Assembly (NCBI GenBank): GCA_964448085.1
Contig: CAYUUX010000002.1
Coordinates: 30,519-94,518, forward strand
DNA from: an uncultured Gammaproteobacteria bacterium
GTDB taxonomy: Bacteria > Patescibacteriota > Microgenomatia > UBA10105 > UBA927
Length of the DNA stretch: 64,000 nucleotides
Direction: 5' to 3'
The stretch's first letter is position 1, and each line of letters opens with the position of its first letter. This document shows positions 28,687-37,828 of the stretch, piece after piece. A program made the position numbers and the translations under genes. The notes beneath the pieces were generated by a model. The model was not told the origin of the DNA. It did not search any database and saw only the letters and a list, made by a program, of their open reading frames with translations.

Positions 28687-28819
28687 GTTGAGTTAAACCA
28701 CCCCGTTGCAACATACGGGGCAGTTATGATATTATAGGCTTTACTCTTGCCTCTGGAAAACAGTATCTTTGCAATTTTGATACGTTTTTCAGGAATTTTC
28801 CTGCTCCTTATACCATTAT

Positions 28820-29680
28820 ATGAGCACAGATCTCAAAGCCACAAATGAGCAGTTTGTTGAATATCTTACATCCAGACGGCGCGCTCGGGCAACTGTTGTT
28901 GCGTACAAAAAAGATATCGACCAACTGCTATCATTTTTTACCACGATGGGTAAAAAAGCAATTGCCGAAGTGACATACGATGAAATAACTGCATTTTTAA
29001 AAAAACTTGCAAACGATAGCTATACTCCCAAGTCAATATCAAGAAAAATTAATTCCATCAAAACCTTTTTCCGATTCCTCAAAGCGTCTGGAGTCATACA
29101 AACAGATCCGGCACTTGAAGTCGCACACCCAAAATACGAGGTAAAACCCCCAAGGATCCTTTCAAAGCTTGAGTACCGAGCGTTGCGGGATACCTGTCGC
29201 AGCGACGTTCGGATGTATGCAATTGTCGAACTATTCTTGCAGACGGGTATCCGCATTGGCGAGCTTGCTGCACTTACCATGGATGACGTGAAACAAAACG
29301 AGCTGCACATAGCTGCGCAGGAGGGTCACGAAGAACGGATGGTTCCTTTAAATAAGGCTGCCCTTGAGGCTCTGGAAAAATATCGCGTGGGGCGAGCTGA
29401 TATGACAAAAAGCACAGCGCTTTTTATCACAAAGACTGGGCGGCCACTGTTGATACGCAATATTAGAACGGCAATTGATCGGTATTTCCGGATTGCGGGT
29501 ATTGAAGGGGCAAAAGTCAATGATCTTCGCCATACATTTATCGCACATCATCTTCTTGCTGGAACGCCAATAACGACCCTTTCCAAGCTGGTAGGTCACA
29601 AACGCCTATCCACAACGGAGAAATATTTAGAGCTTGTGAAGGGAAATCAATCTGAGCGCGTCAAATTGGAAGAATTGTAA
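28820..29680 (+). CDS. tyrosine site-specific recombinase, XerC/XerD family
   Basis: 286 aa. Catalytic R...HxxR...Y pattern (DLRHTFIAHHLL...LVGHKRLSTTEKYL). N-terminal SAM-like domain. Confidence 0.8.
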   Translation: MSTDLKATNEQFVEYLTSRRRARATVVAYKKDIDQLLSFFTTMGKKAIAEVTYDEITAFLKKLANDSYTPKSISRKINSIKTFFRFLKASGVIQTDPALEVAHPKYEVKPPRILSKLEYRALRDTCRSDVRMYAIVELFLQTGIRIGELAALTMDDVKQNELHIAAQEGHEERMVPLNKAALEALEKYRVGRADMTKSTALFITKTGRPLLIRNIRTAIDRYFRIAGIEGAKVNDLRHTFIAHHLLAGTPITTLSKLVGHKRLSTTEKYLELVKGNQSERVKLEEL

Positions 29681-29932
29681 ACAATTCTTCTTGTCTCTTC
29701 CGATCATTTTAGACTACAATACACTGTATGAGTTGCGAAAAATCAGGCAACCCTGAAGATTCTCAACGTTTCTACCAAGAGTTGCGAAAAGAAGAAAGAC
29801 TTTATCCGTGGGGTGAGCCGCAAACTCATATTTCTGGACGCCCGCATCACCTCGCGTTTCCGCAATGGGCTGGTGAATTGCAGCGTTCGTACGGTGCACA
29901 CAGAAGGGGTCCAACGCGAAGATGAGGAATAT

Positions 29933-32182
29933 ATGGAAAAAACATATTCAGCAAAACACGTAGAGCAGGATATCTACCGCATGTGGGAGGAAGGCGGTTA
30001 TTTTACCCCAACAATTGATCCATCAAAAAAACCTTTTACGATCCTTCTCCCCCTTCCGAACGCAAATGATCCCATGCATATGGGCCACGCAATGTTCACG
30101 GTTCAGGACATTCTTGTCCGATACCATAGAATGAAGGGAGACCCGACCTTGTGGCTTCCCGGCGGGGATCATGCGGGTATAGAAACCCAATTCGTTTTTG
30201 AAAAAAAACTGGCAAAAGAAGGAAAAAGCAGATTCGATTTTGATCGTGACACCCTGTACAAAATGATTGCAGAGTTTGTCGACGAAAATAAAACCATCAA
30301 TCGTGATCAAATGAAACGATTGGGATTTTCACTCGACTGGACTAGGTACCATTATAGTTTGGAGCCAAATATCATTGCGTTTGTTCTGGATACTTTTCGA
30401 AAACTCCACGACGACCATCTTTTGTATCGGGATGAAAAGCTCGTCAATTACTGTACTAAATGTGGTACCAGTTTTTCCGATCTTGAAGTTAAACACGTTG
30501 AAAAAATTGATAAGCTGTACTACATGAAGTACGGTCCTTTTGTTTTGGCAACGACTCGGCCGGAAACAAAATTCGGTGATACGGGAGTTGCTGTGCATCC
30601 AAAAGATAAACGGTACGTACGCTATATTGGGAAAGAAATAGAATTTGAGGGATTGAACGGCACCGTGAAAATGCGCGTCGTCGGCGACGAGGCGGTTGAT
30701 CCGACATTTGGTACGGGAGTTGTTAAAGTCACACCTGCTCATGACATGACGGATTGGGAAATCGGTCAGCGCCACAAACTCCCCATGAAACAAGTGATTG
30801 GTTTTGACGGCAAATTAACCGCAGATACCGGCCCATATGTAGGACTACGAGTAAAAGCGGCAAGAGAAAAAGTGGTGCAAGATCTGCAGGAACGCGGTTT
30901 GATTGACCATATTGACGATGCGTATGTGCATACCGTCGGAACCTGTTACAAATGTGGTTCTGTGTTGGAGCCCCTTCCACTTCCCCAGTGGTTTGTGAAG
31001 ACAAAACCACTGGCAGAGCAAGCAATTGCGGCCGTGAAAGAGGGAAAGACGAAGGTTGTTCCTCTGGCGCGATTTGAAAAATTATATTTTGATTGGCTTG
31101 AGGGTATCCATGACTGGAATATCAGTCGACAAATTGTATGGGGTCCTCGCATACCCGTGTGGTATTGTGCTGATTGTACACCCACGCTTTCGATTACGTT
31201 CATTGATGCGTCGGGTAAGAAGATAAGTGGGATGATTTCCGATCTTCTTGGCACATATACCCTTGATGATATACGAAAAGGGTTGCAATCGGTGGTTGCG
31301 CCCATCAGTGCAACATATACACTGGATAACACGCAGTGTTCAACATGTCATGGCTCGCATTTGATTCAAGAAACTGACACATTTGATACGTGGTTTTTGT
31401 CCGGACAATGGCCTCTGACAACACTTGGATGTCCCGATAGTAAAGATTTTACCTACTTTTATCCAACAACGGTTTTGGATACTATGTGGGACATTCTTTT
31501 CTTTTGGGTTGCACGCATGATGATGTTTGGATTGTACAGAACAGGGAACGTTCCGTTTGAAGTCATACACCTGCACAGTCGTGTCGTTGACAATAAAGGT
31601 CAAAAAATGAGCAAAAGTAAAGGGAACGTTGTGAATCCTTTGGACATGGTCGATACGTACGGTGCAGACGCGCTCCGGATGGCATTAATTTTTGGTTCTG
31701 CACCAGGCAGTGACATTGTTATGTCCGAAGACAAAGTTCGCGGTATGCGAAATTTTGCGAATAAACTTTGGAACATTACACGTTTGTTTACCATGAGCAC
31801 AGAAGGTATGAGCGAGCAGCTTCCCGTTATTGCTTCCCCTGACGATGCGAACCTGACAGATGCCGACAAAAAAATACTCCAAACGCTCAACAGTGTTATA
31901 ACTGACACAACGAGTTCTATTGAGCGGTATCGCCTTTCTGATGCAGCACAACTTCTGTACGACTTTCTGTGGCATACATTTGCAGATGTGTATCTTGAAG
32001 AAAATAAAAACAGGTATAAAGAAAAAGATACATATGCGCTTGCAGTATATCGCCATGTTTTGCTTGCAAGCCTTGCGCTTTTGCATCCGTTCATGCCGTT
32101 TGTAACGGAGCACTGTTATCAACAGTTGCAACACGCCACAAAAACACCTCTTATTACCGCCCCGTGGCCACAAGCACTCTAA
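29933..32182 (+). CDS. valS: valyl-tRNA synthetase
   Basis: PLPNANDPMHMGHA (HIGH), LPGGDHAGIETQ and KMSKSKGN. The ORF-track start at 29813 is trimmed to MEKTYSAKHVEQDIY (29933), which has a GAGGA ribosome-binding site 8 nt upstream. Confidence 0.9.
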   Translation: MEKTYSAKHVEQDIYRMWEEGGYFTPTIDPSKKPFTILLPLPNANDPMHMGHAMFTVQDILVRYHRMKGDPTLWLPGGDHAGIETQFVFEKKLAKEGKSRFDFDRDTLYKMIAEFVDENKTINRDQMKRLGFSLDWTRYHYSLEPNIIAFVLDTFRKLHDDHLLYRDEKLVNYCTKCGTSFSDLEVKHVEKIDKLYYMKYGPFVLATTRPETKFGDTGVAVHPKDKRYVRYIGKEIEFEGLNGTVKMRVVGDEAVDPTFGTGVVKVTPAHDMTDWEIGQRHKLPMKQVIGFDGKLTADTGPYVGLRVKAAREKVVQDLQERGLIDHIDDAYVHTVGTCYKCGSVLEPLPLPQWFVKTKPLAEQAIAAVKEGKTKVVPLARFEKLYFDWLEGIHDWNISRQIVWGPRIPVWYCADCTPTLSITFIDASGKKISGMISDLLGTYTLDDIRKGLQSVVAPISATYTLDNTQCSTCHGSHLIQETDTFDTWFLSGQWPLTTLGCPDSKDFTYFYPTTVLDTMWDILFFWVARMMMFGLYRTGNVPFEVIHLHSRVVDNKGQKMSKSKGNVVNPLDMVDTYGADALRMALIFGSAPGSDIVMSEDKVRGMRNFANKLWNITRLFTMSTEGMSEQLPVIASPDDANLTDADKKILQTLNSVITDTTSSIERYRLSDAAQLLYDFLWHTFADVYLEENKNRYKEKDTYALAVYRHVLLASLALLHPFMPFVTEHCYQQLQHATKTPLITAPWPQAL

Positions 32183-32191
32183 AGACTGTCT

Positions 32192-33112
32192 TTACAATGT
32201 TGGGGGTGTTGTTGGAAGAAGCGATGGAATCGGAATGACAGAGCCTTTCGTATTTCCAGTGAACACCAAAGTATTGACGATTGCGTTGAAGACCGTTTCA
32301 TCGGACGCGAAATCTGCTGCAATGCCGCTTGGAGAAAAATGATTGATTTCCAACGATAGTGTATCGGAAACCTCAATCATGTATCCGCGCATTTGGGAAA
32401 ACGCATATCCTCCGATTGTCGATCCGTTCGTTATATTGGTAAATTCCATAGCGGGTTTTCCTGCAACAGTTGTTGCCTTTGTCGTAAAAGCTTTTCCTCC
32501 AGCATCACTGATAATTTTTCCTCGAAAATCTGCGAGAACCTGTCCTGCGCCGCGAAGCGCTACGGTAAACCGCGTTCCGCCGGGAAGATAGGTTCCTTGA
32601 GATCCGCACGCTGATCCGTCGCAGACAAGCGGAAGCACCGTGTTGGGAAGTTGGAGTTGAATTTCTTCGTACGGTTTTCTGGTTGTTCCGTTAAGGATAT
32701 ATTGCGCATTTGAGATAGTTGCAGATGGTGTGGTTGCCTTTGTTTCAGATGGATATGGCTCCGGTTGGAGTCCTATTTCCGTTGCTTGAGGCGCATCAGG
32801 TGGCGTAATTGAAGGTTTTGCCGTAATAGGTAACTGGATTTTCGGAGGTGAATTCAACAGATTTCGTATTAGGCCGCTTAAGGCAAATCCTATGACAAAC
32901 AACACGATAAAAAAGATGGCACCTTTGACAAAACCAAGAAATCCGGATCGTTTTTTTGGTGGTTCTTGTTGGGGTGTCGCGTCTGAAGGAGGACTTTGTT
33001 CGACAACAGGAGTGAGAATCGGTGTTTCCTCGTAGGTCATATCTGGGTGTTGCGATGAAGGAAATTCCACGGGTGATTGTGTTCCTGAAGGATTTGCGTT
33101 GGTATCATCCAT
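32192..33112 (-). CDS. hypothetical bitopic membrane protein with Pro/Thr-rich N-terminal region and a C-terminal globular domain
   Basis: 306 aa. Low-complexity N-terminus, one TM helix (AIFFIVLFVIGFAL), a Pro-rich linker, and a roughly 180-aa C-terminal domain of unknown family. Confidence 0.4.
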   Translation of the reverse strand: MDDTNANPSGTQSPVEFPSSQHPDMTYEETPILTPVVEQSPPSDATPQQEPPKKRSGFLGFVKGAIFFIVLFVIGFALSGLIRNLLNSPPKIQLPITAKPSITPPDAPQATEIGLQPEPYPSETKATTPSATISNAQYILNGTTRKPYEEIQLQLPNTVLPLVCDGSACGSQGTYLPGGTRFTVALRGAGQVLADFRGKIISDAGGKAFTTKATTVAGKPAMEFTNITNGSTIGGYAFSQMRGYMIEVSDTLSLEINHFSPSGIAADFASDETVFNAIVNTLVFTGNTKGSVIPIPSLLPTTPPTL

Positions 33113-33150
33113 ATGAAGATTATTGTTTCACGGGTGCTCGATGCTGTCAA

Positions 33151-33714
33151 TCACGCGCGCTCAACATAACTTCCGGTTTCCGGATCTATTGCAATACGTT
33201 CCCCTTGTTTGATAAACAAAGGGACGGTGACAACGGCACCCGTTTCTACAACAACAGTCTTTGTTGCTCCTGATACGGTATTGCCCCGTGCGCCGTCGGT
33301 TGCCTCAGTAACCAACAGGCGTACTTTTTTGGGAAGCCGGATACCAATAGCTTCTTCTTCATGAATCAGCACCTGGTATGTGTCGTTGGGTTTGAGATAT
33401 TTAACAAAATCCCCCAACAATACTCCTGGTACAGTCACCTGATCGAATGATACATTATCCATGAAAACGAACCCCTCACCTTCCGGATATAAATACTGCA
33501 TTTCGTGCGTTTCAACCGGAAGCTCCTCGACAGATTCCCCGGATTTATAGGTAAATTCCTGAACTTTGCCCGTTTTGAGTGATTTGAGTCTGGTTCGTAC
33601 AAACGCAGAACCCTTTCCCGGATTTACGTGTTGGAACTCCACGATTTGATGGGGTTCATCCTTAAATGTGACAAATAACCCCTTTTTGAATTCTGATGTA
33701 GAGATGATAGACAT
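33151..33714 (-). CDS. efp: elongation factor P
   Basis: MSIISTSEFKKG...NPGKGSAFVRTRLKSLKTGK with the conserved Lys in the PGKG loop. ORF-track start trimmed to the internal Met. Confidence 0.9.
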   Translation of the reverse strand: MSIISTSEFKKGLFVTFKDEPHQIVEFQHVNPGKGSAFVRTRLKSLKTGKVQEFTYKSGESVEELPVETHEMQYLYPEGEGFVFMDNVSFDQVTVPGVLLGDFVKYLKPNDTYQVLIHEEEAIGIRLPKKVRLLVTEATDGARGNTVSGATKTVVVETGAVVTVPLFIKQGERIAIDPETGSYVERA

Positions 33715-33739
33715 GGAAGGTATTATCGCACGAAGCGGA

Positions 33740-34777
33740 TCACTTTTCAAACAGATCTTTTGGTGGAAAAAATGTCGTATCGTTAATATCCCTCGTATTT
33801 GCAAAGAGCATGCACAACCGGTCGATTCCCAATGCAATGCCGCTTGTCTCCGGCATCCCTACTCGAAGCGCTTCAATAAAATCATGATCATATTCATACA
33901 TGGTGTGACCTTTTTTTTGAATTTCTCGCATTTCTTTTTCAAACCGGCTTTTCTGTTCTTGCCAGTCAGTCAATTCTTCGTAGCAATCCGCAAGTTCAAG
34001 ACCCTCAATATAAAGCTCAAAGCGCCTTGCAAAACGTGGATCGTTTACGTCTTTTTTCGCAAGTGCTGCGATAGACGATGGGAATCCATAGAGGATCGTG
34101 GGATGGTTTTTCCCAATGTGTGGTTCAATCTCATTGAGAAAGATCTGATTATACAGTTCTTCCCATGTGGTGTTTGGCATGATTGTATATCCTTTTGCTT
34201 TTGCAAGCTTTTTTGCTTGCCGTATTGAAAAAAACGTATGGAGGTCGATATGTGCATAGCGTTGAAACGCTTCAGCTACAGAAATTCGTTCCCATTTTTT
34301 ATTCAGGTCGCAGACATGGTGTTGGTATTGAAACTTTCCGCTTATCCCCAGGGAGGATGCGATTGACAGAAGGAGGTCTTGGCAATCCTTCATGATACGC
34401 TCGTATGCGTCTCCTACTCTATACCATTCCAGAATCGTAAATTCCGGAAGATGAGATTCGCTTTGATTTTCCGTATTGCGGAAGCTTTTGGTTATCGAAT
34501 AACAATTGCCGATGCCCGCAACAATGAGTTTTTTTAGCGCCAATTCCGGGGATGTTGAAAGGTATGCACGCGTTTTGTTCCTTTGCCTATCCAAAAGATC
34601 CGTTTCAAACACTTCAAGGTATGATTCCGCAGCGGGATAGCGGATAAGCATGGGGGTTTCAACCTCGTGAAATCGTCTGGTTTCAAAAAAAGAACGTATG
34701 GCTGTAATTACTTTTTCGCGAAGAAAATACTTGTCCCAGAGAGCGGGCGTGTTTTTCAGTTTTTGCCAGGTTTTCAT
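33740..34777 (-). CDS. epmA: EF-P lysine-lysyltransferase EpmA (GenX/PoxA; truncated class II LysRS paralog)
   Basis: 345 aa. Class II motifs: motif 1 FFETRRFHEVETPML, motif 2 FRNTENQSESHLPEFTILEWY, motif 3 GIALGIDRL. No anticodon-binding domain. Adjacent to efp. Confidence 0.7.
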   Translation of the reverse strand: MKTWQKLKNTPALWDKYFLREKVITAIRSFFETRRFHEVETPMLIRYPAAESYLEVFETDLLDRQRNKTRAYLSTSPELALKKLIVAGIGNCYSITKSFRNTENQSESHLPEFTILEWYRVGDAYERIMKDCQDLLLSIASSLGISGKFQYQHHVCDLNKKWERISVAEAFQRYAHIDLHTFFSIRQAKKLAKAKGYTIMPNTTWEELYNQIFLNEIEPHIGKNHPTILYGFPSSIAALAKKDVNDPRFARRFELYIEGLELADCYEELTDWQEQKSRFEKEMREIQKKGHTMYEYDHDFIEALRVGMPETSGIALGIDRLCMLFANTRDINDTTFFPPKDLFEK

Positions 34778-35061
34778 CGCGCCCGCTTCTTCTTTACTGA
34801 CATTTGTTTTGTTTTTTCAGAGGTAAACAGTTTTACGACAAATACCAAATAACAGATTTCTAGAATGCCCGCAGTGTTAATAAACAGGAGCGCTATAAAC
34901 CACCATTTTTCCTCGCGACGGGCAGCGTGCCAAAGCGCTATGCCCTTCCATACCGAGCTCCAGAGAATTGTCGGAATAAATCCCCAATGCAGCCACGGCG
35001 TGATCATCGCATTGGTTCCATACATCCAAGACCACCCCATATATCCTCCTTTCCAACCCAT
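34774..35061 (-). CDS. small Trp-rich membrane protein
   Basis: 95 aa, two predicted TM helices, unusually Trp/Gly-rich N-terminus. No family assigned. Confidence 0.35.
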   Translation of the reverse strand: MGWKGGYMGWSWMYGTNAMITPWLHWGFIPTILWSSVWKGIALWHAARREEKWWFIALLFINTAGILEICYLVFVVKLFTSEKTKQMSVKKKRAR

Positions 35062-35064
35062 GTA

Positions 35065-35748
35065 TTATTTCATGAGCCGATAGATTTTTGCGTTATTTTT
35101 TAAATCAGTGAACCACGGCTGGAGCTTTTCGCCAATTTTTTGCGTAAGAATAGCCTCTTTTGCTTCACTGTTCATACCTGCTGCATCTGTTGCAGAGAGC
35201 ATTGCCGCGTTGTCTTGCACATATGTAGCAATTTCCTCTTCACTAATGACGATGTCTTTTCCAAGCAGTGCCGTAAGCATCATTTGGAGTTTTATTTGAT
35301 CGTCAAAATCGTTTTTGGTGATTCCCTGAAGCTTAAGTGCTTCGTCAAGGGATATACCACCAAAACTTTGAAGAATTTCTGCTTCTTTTGCCTCTATGTC
35401 CTTCTGGCCGATGGCAATTCCCTTTTTGGCAGCTTCATCAGCGATGAGGCGTTCCGCAATCATATTTTCAAGCGTTGTTGTTCCATAGCGGGCAACAAGA
35501 ATCTTGTTTATATTCCATCGGAATATCGGTTTTCCGTTCACCATTGCAGCGACAATCAGTCCGCGGTTTATGGCAAGTAATCCAAGGATAATAATACCAA
35601 GAACTATGGCGACCTTCGCGGTTTTCGGAAACCTGTGTTCACAACAACAAGATTTGTCTGTGCACTCAGGTTGTTTCGTTGGAAATTCCGTTGGAAGTTC
35701 AACTATACTTTTCAGTATTTTTTTACCCTTTTTGGGAGCTTTTGGCAT
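35065..35748 (-). CDS. hypothetical membrane-anchored protein (SurA/PpiD N-terminal chaperone-like?)
   Basis: 227 aa. Cys-rich cytoplasmic N-terminus (CTDKSCCCEH), one TM helix, then an alpha-helical periplasmic-type domain. Confidence 0.35.
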   Translation of the reverse strand: MPKAPKKGKKILKSIVELPTEFPTKQPECTDKSCCCEHRFPKTAKVAIVLGIIILGLLAINRGLIVAAMVNGKPIFRWNINKILVARYGTTTLENMIAERLIADEAAKKGIAIGQKDIEAKEAEILQSFGGISLDEALKLQGITKNDFDDQIKLQMMLTALLGKDIVISEEEIATYVQDNAAMLSATDAAGMNSEAKEAILTQKIGEKLQPWFTDLKNNAKIYRLMK

Positions 35749-35829
35749 ACGATCTCCTTTGCAATATGGCAGCCAATAATATGCTCAAATCCTATCATGT
35801 TTTTGCATGCGAAACAAGAAAGAGTTGCG

Positions 35830-36669
35830 TTATCTTTTTGAAGGGCAATACTTCCCTACTACACAGTGTAAACATTGTGGCTTGATTGCCTTACACACAG
35901 CGCGTCCATGATCAATGAGTTGGTATGTGAAGGATCCCCATAGTGTTTTTGGAATGATCAGTTGAAGTTCTTGTTCGATTTTTGACGGGTCGGCGTCTTT
36001 TTTGTAGTCCACACGGCGGATTGTTTCGTCGATATATACAGTACGCTTCCCCCCGATTCTATTTAGATTGATAAGTCGCAGGCGTTGGGAAAGACGAATG
36101 ACGTGCGTATCTACTGCAATTCCTTCAATAATCCCATATGCGTTTGTCAAAACGACATTAGCCGTTTTTCGTGCAACACCCGGAAGCGTGAGCATCTCCT
36201 TCATCGTTTTTGGAACAGAACTGTTATAGTCGGAAATCAGAAGCCGTGCTGTGGCCTGGATATTTTTGGCCTTGGCACGGAAAAAACCTGTTGCATGTAT
36301 GGAAGATTCCAGTTCGTAACTGTTGGCGTTTGCCATGTCCTGCATGGATGGAAATCGCGCAAAGAGATTTGGCGTGATTTTATTGACCATGACATCGGTG
36401 CACTGAGCAGACAATATGACTGCAACCAGTAACTCCCATGGGGTGGTATATGTCAGGGCGATGTGTGCGTTTTGGTATTCCTTTGCAAGAGCAGTCAGAA
36501 TCCGTGCAATTCTCGGGTCGTTTTTCTCTTGCGTATCCTTGCGTTTGGTCATACAAATTCCTACAATAGTATCTATAGAAGGTGTATCATTATCCTGTTC
36601 AGAATGCAAAAAATACATTTCCCGCATATTTCCCGAATATTCTCCGCACACGTGTTTGTCCAGATTCAA
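35830..36669 (-). CDS. nth: endonuclease III (HhH-GPD DNA glycosylase with [4Fe-4S] cluster)
   Basis: HhH motif LPGVARKTANVVL, catalytic region, and C-terminal CX6CX2CX5C (CKAIKPQCLHCVVGKYC). Confidence 0.85.
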   Translation of the reverse strand: MNLDKHVCGEYSGNMREMYFLHSEQDNDTPSIDTIVGICMTKRKDTQEKNDPRIARILTALAKEYQNAHIALTYTTPWELLVAVILSAQCTDVMVNKITPNLFARFPSMQDMANANSYELESSIHATGFFRAKAKNIQATARLLISDYNSSVPKTMKEMLTLPGVARKTANVVLTNAYGIIEGIAVDTHVIRLSQRLRLINLNRIGGKRTVYIDETIRRVDYKKDADPSKIEQELQLIIPKTLWGSFTYQLIDHGRAVCKAIKPQCLHCVVGKYCPSKR

Positions 36670-37158
36670 CGGGCAGCTTTATGGATCGGTGTACTTGGAT
36701 TGGTTGGATATAACATTTTTGCTTCCATGTCTGGATTTATGCCTTATGAAGCAGAACGGAAAAACATACTCATGTTTCCTTTTATGGAAGAGTCATACAC
36801 CAGACTTGGCGCTTCGCTTTATGATGTCGGAGAGATATATATGGCAAAACATGAGTTGGATATAGCGCAGGATGTTGCCTCAAAGACGACTTCTTCGTCC
36901 GTTTTGGGTGCCTCTACCCCATCCGAAGCACTTTTTACTTCCTGGGAAACACAGAGAAACTCCTTGGCAACGACGTATGTGTTTTGGCAACACGTGGTTG
37001 ATGAAAAGCCGGACTATCGGGACGCGTATGTATATCTCGCAACACTTGCCTATGCACTCCATATGCGTGAAGATGCCGTTTCTTATCTTGATGCAGCCTA
37101 CGAACTGGATGCAAACAATGCTGTTATAAAACATCTTACAGAGGAAATAAAACGGTAA
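36604..37158 (+). CDS. hypothetical membrane protein with TPR-like C-terminal region
   Basis: Start is uncertain (36604 or 36727). One TM helix, then helical repeats (YVYLATLAYALHMREDAVSYLDAAYELD). Confidence 0.3.
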   Translation: MQKIHFPHISRIFSAHVFVQIQRAALWIGVLGLVGYNIFASMSGFMPYEAERKNILMFPFMEESYTRLGASLYDVGEIYMAKHELDIAQDVASKTTSSSVLGASTPSEALFTSWETQRNSLATTYVFWQHVVDEKPDYRDAYVYLATLAYALHMREDAVSYLDAAYELDANNAVIKHLTEEIKR

Positions 37159-37161
37159 AGG

Positions 37162-37824
37162 TTATTCGGCGGGTTGTTCAGTTTTTTCTTCCGGAGCCTT
37201 CTCTTCTTCTGGTGTTGCAACTGTTCCTTCTGGAGTTGTTTCAACAGGTGGGGCCTCCGGTTCTTTTTCAACAACAAACGCACCAATTTTGGCAACTATC
37301 ACTTCCCCATCAGTGAGCATTGTGACGTGCGATGGAACCGGGAGATTTGCCACAACGATTTGATCATTGACTGCGGCAAGGTGCGTACAATCTACCTCAA
37401 TTTTTTCTGGAAGTTCGGTTGGCAATGCTTCAACCTCCACATGATCAATAAGGCTTAAGAATATTCCTAGCTTTTCTTTTACAGCCAGAGGTTCCCCAAT
37501 AAATTCCAACGGGATTTCTGCGTGCACCTTTTCCTTCAAGTCAACTTGGTGGAATTCAATATGAAGCACAGTGTTGTATACAGGATCTTTCTGAACGGTA
37601 TGGACAAGAACGGGGTGGATTTTCCCTTCGATTGTCAGTTCGATAAGCCCCGTTTCCCCCGTTATTGCATACACCTTGGCAAACTGTGGTTCCCCAACTG
37701 TTATGCTGAGCGGTTGTGTAGTTTTTCCATATACCGTTGCCGGTATAAAACCAGTTGTCCGGAGTTTTTGAACCTTTTTTCCAGTGACAGTTCTTGGTTC
37801 CGCAGGAAGTTTTTGTGTGCTCAT
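37162..37824 (-). CDS. rplY: 50S ribosomal protein L25 / general stress protein Ctc, with acidic Pro/Glu-rich C-terminal tail
   Basis: MSTQKLPAEPRTVTGKKVQKLRTTGFIPATVYGK is the L25 N-terminal domain. ORF-track start trimmed to the internal Met. Confidence 0.8.
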   Translation of the reverse strand: MSTQKLPAEPRTVTGKKVQKLRTTGFIPATVYGKTTQPLSITVGEPQFAKVYAITGETGLIELTIEGKIHPVLVHTVQKDPVYNTVLHIEFHQVDLKEKVHAEIPLEFIGEPLAVKEKLGIFLSLIDHVEVEALPTELPEKIEVDCTHLAAVNDQIVVANLPVPSHVTMLTDGEVIVAKIGAFVVEKEPEAPPVETTPEGTVATPEEEKAPEEKTEQPAE

Positions 37825-37828
37825 GGTG

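Noticed and set aside
27564-29680. Integrative element hypothesis: two tRNA-CAT genes flanking one ORF next to a tyrosine recombinase
   Set aside because: The recombinase has XerC/XerD-like length and motifs and lies among housekeeping genes (FtsB-like, valS). I found no direct repeat of a tRNA 3' end, and no phage or plasmid genes are present. The two tRNAs differ substantially in sequence, so they are not duplicated attachment sites.
29681-29932. Possible T-box leader upstream of valS (a 250-nt untranslated region with a GGGCUGGUGAAUUGCAGCG segment)
   Set aside because: No match to the T-box consensus AGGGUGGNACCGCG. No terminator or antiterminator hairpin with a U-tract precedes the start codon. 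The ORF-track N-terminal extension (29813) is more likely simply untranslated leader.
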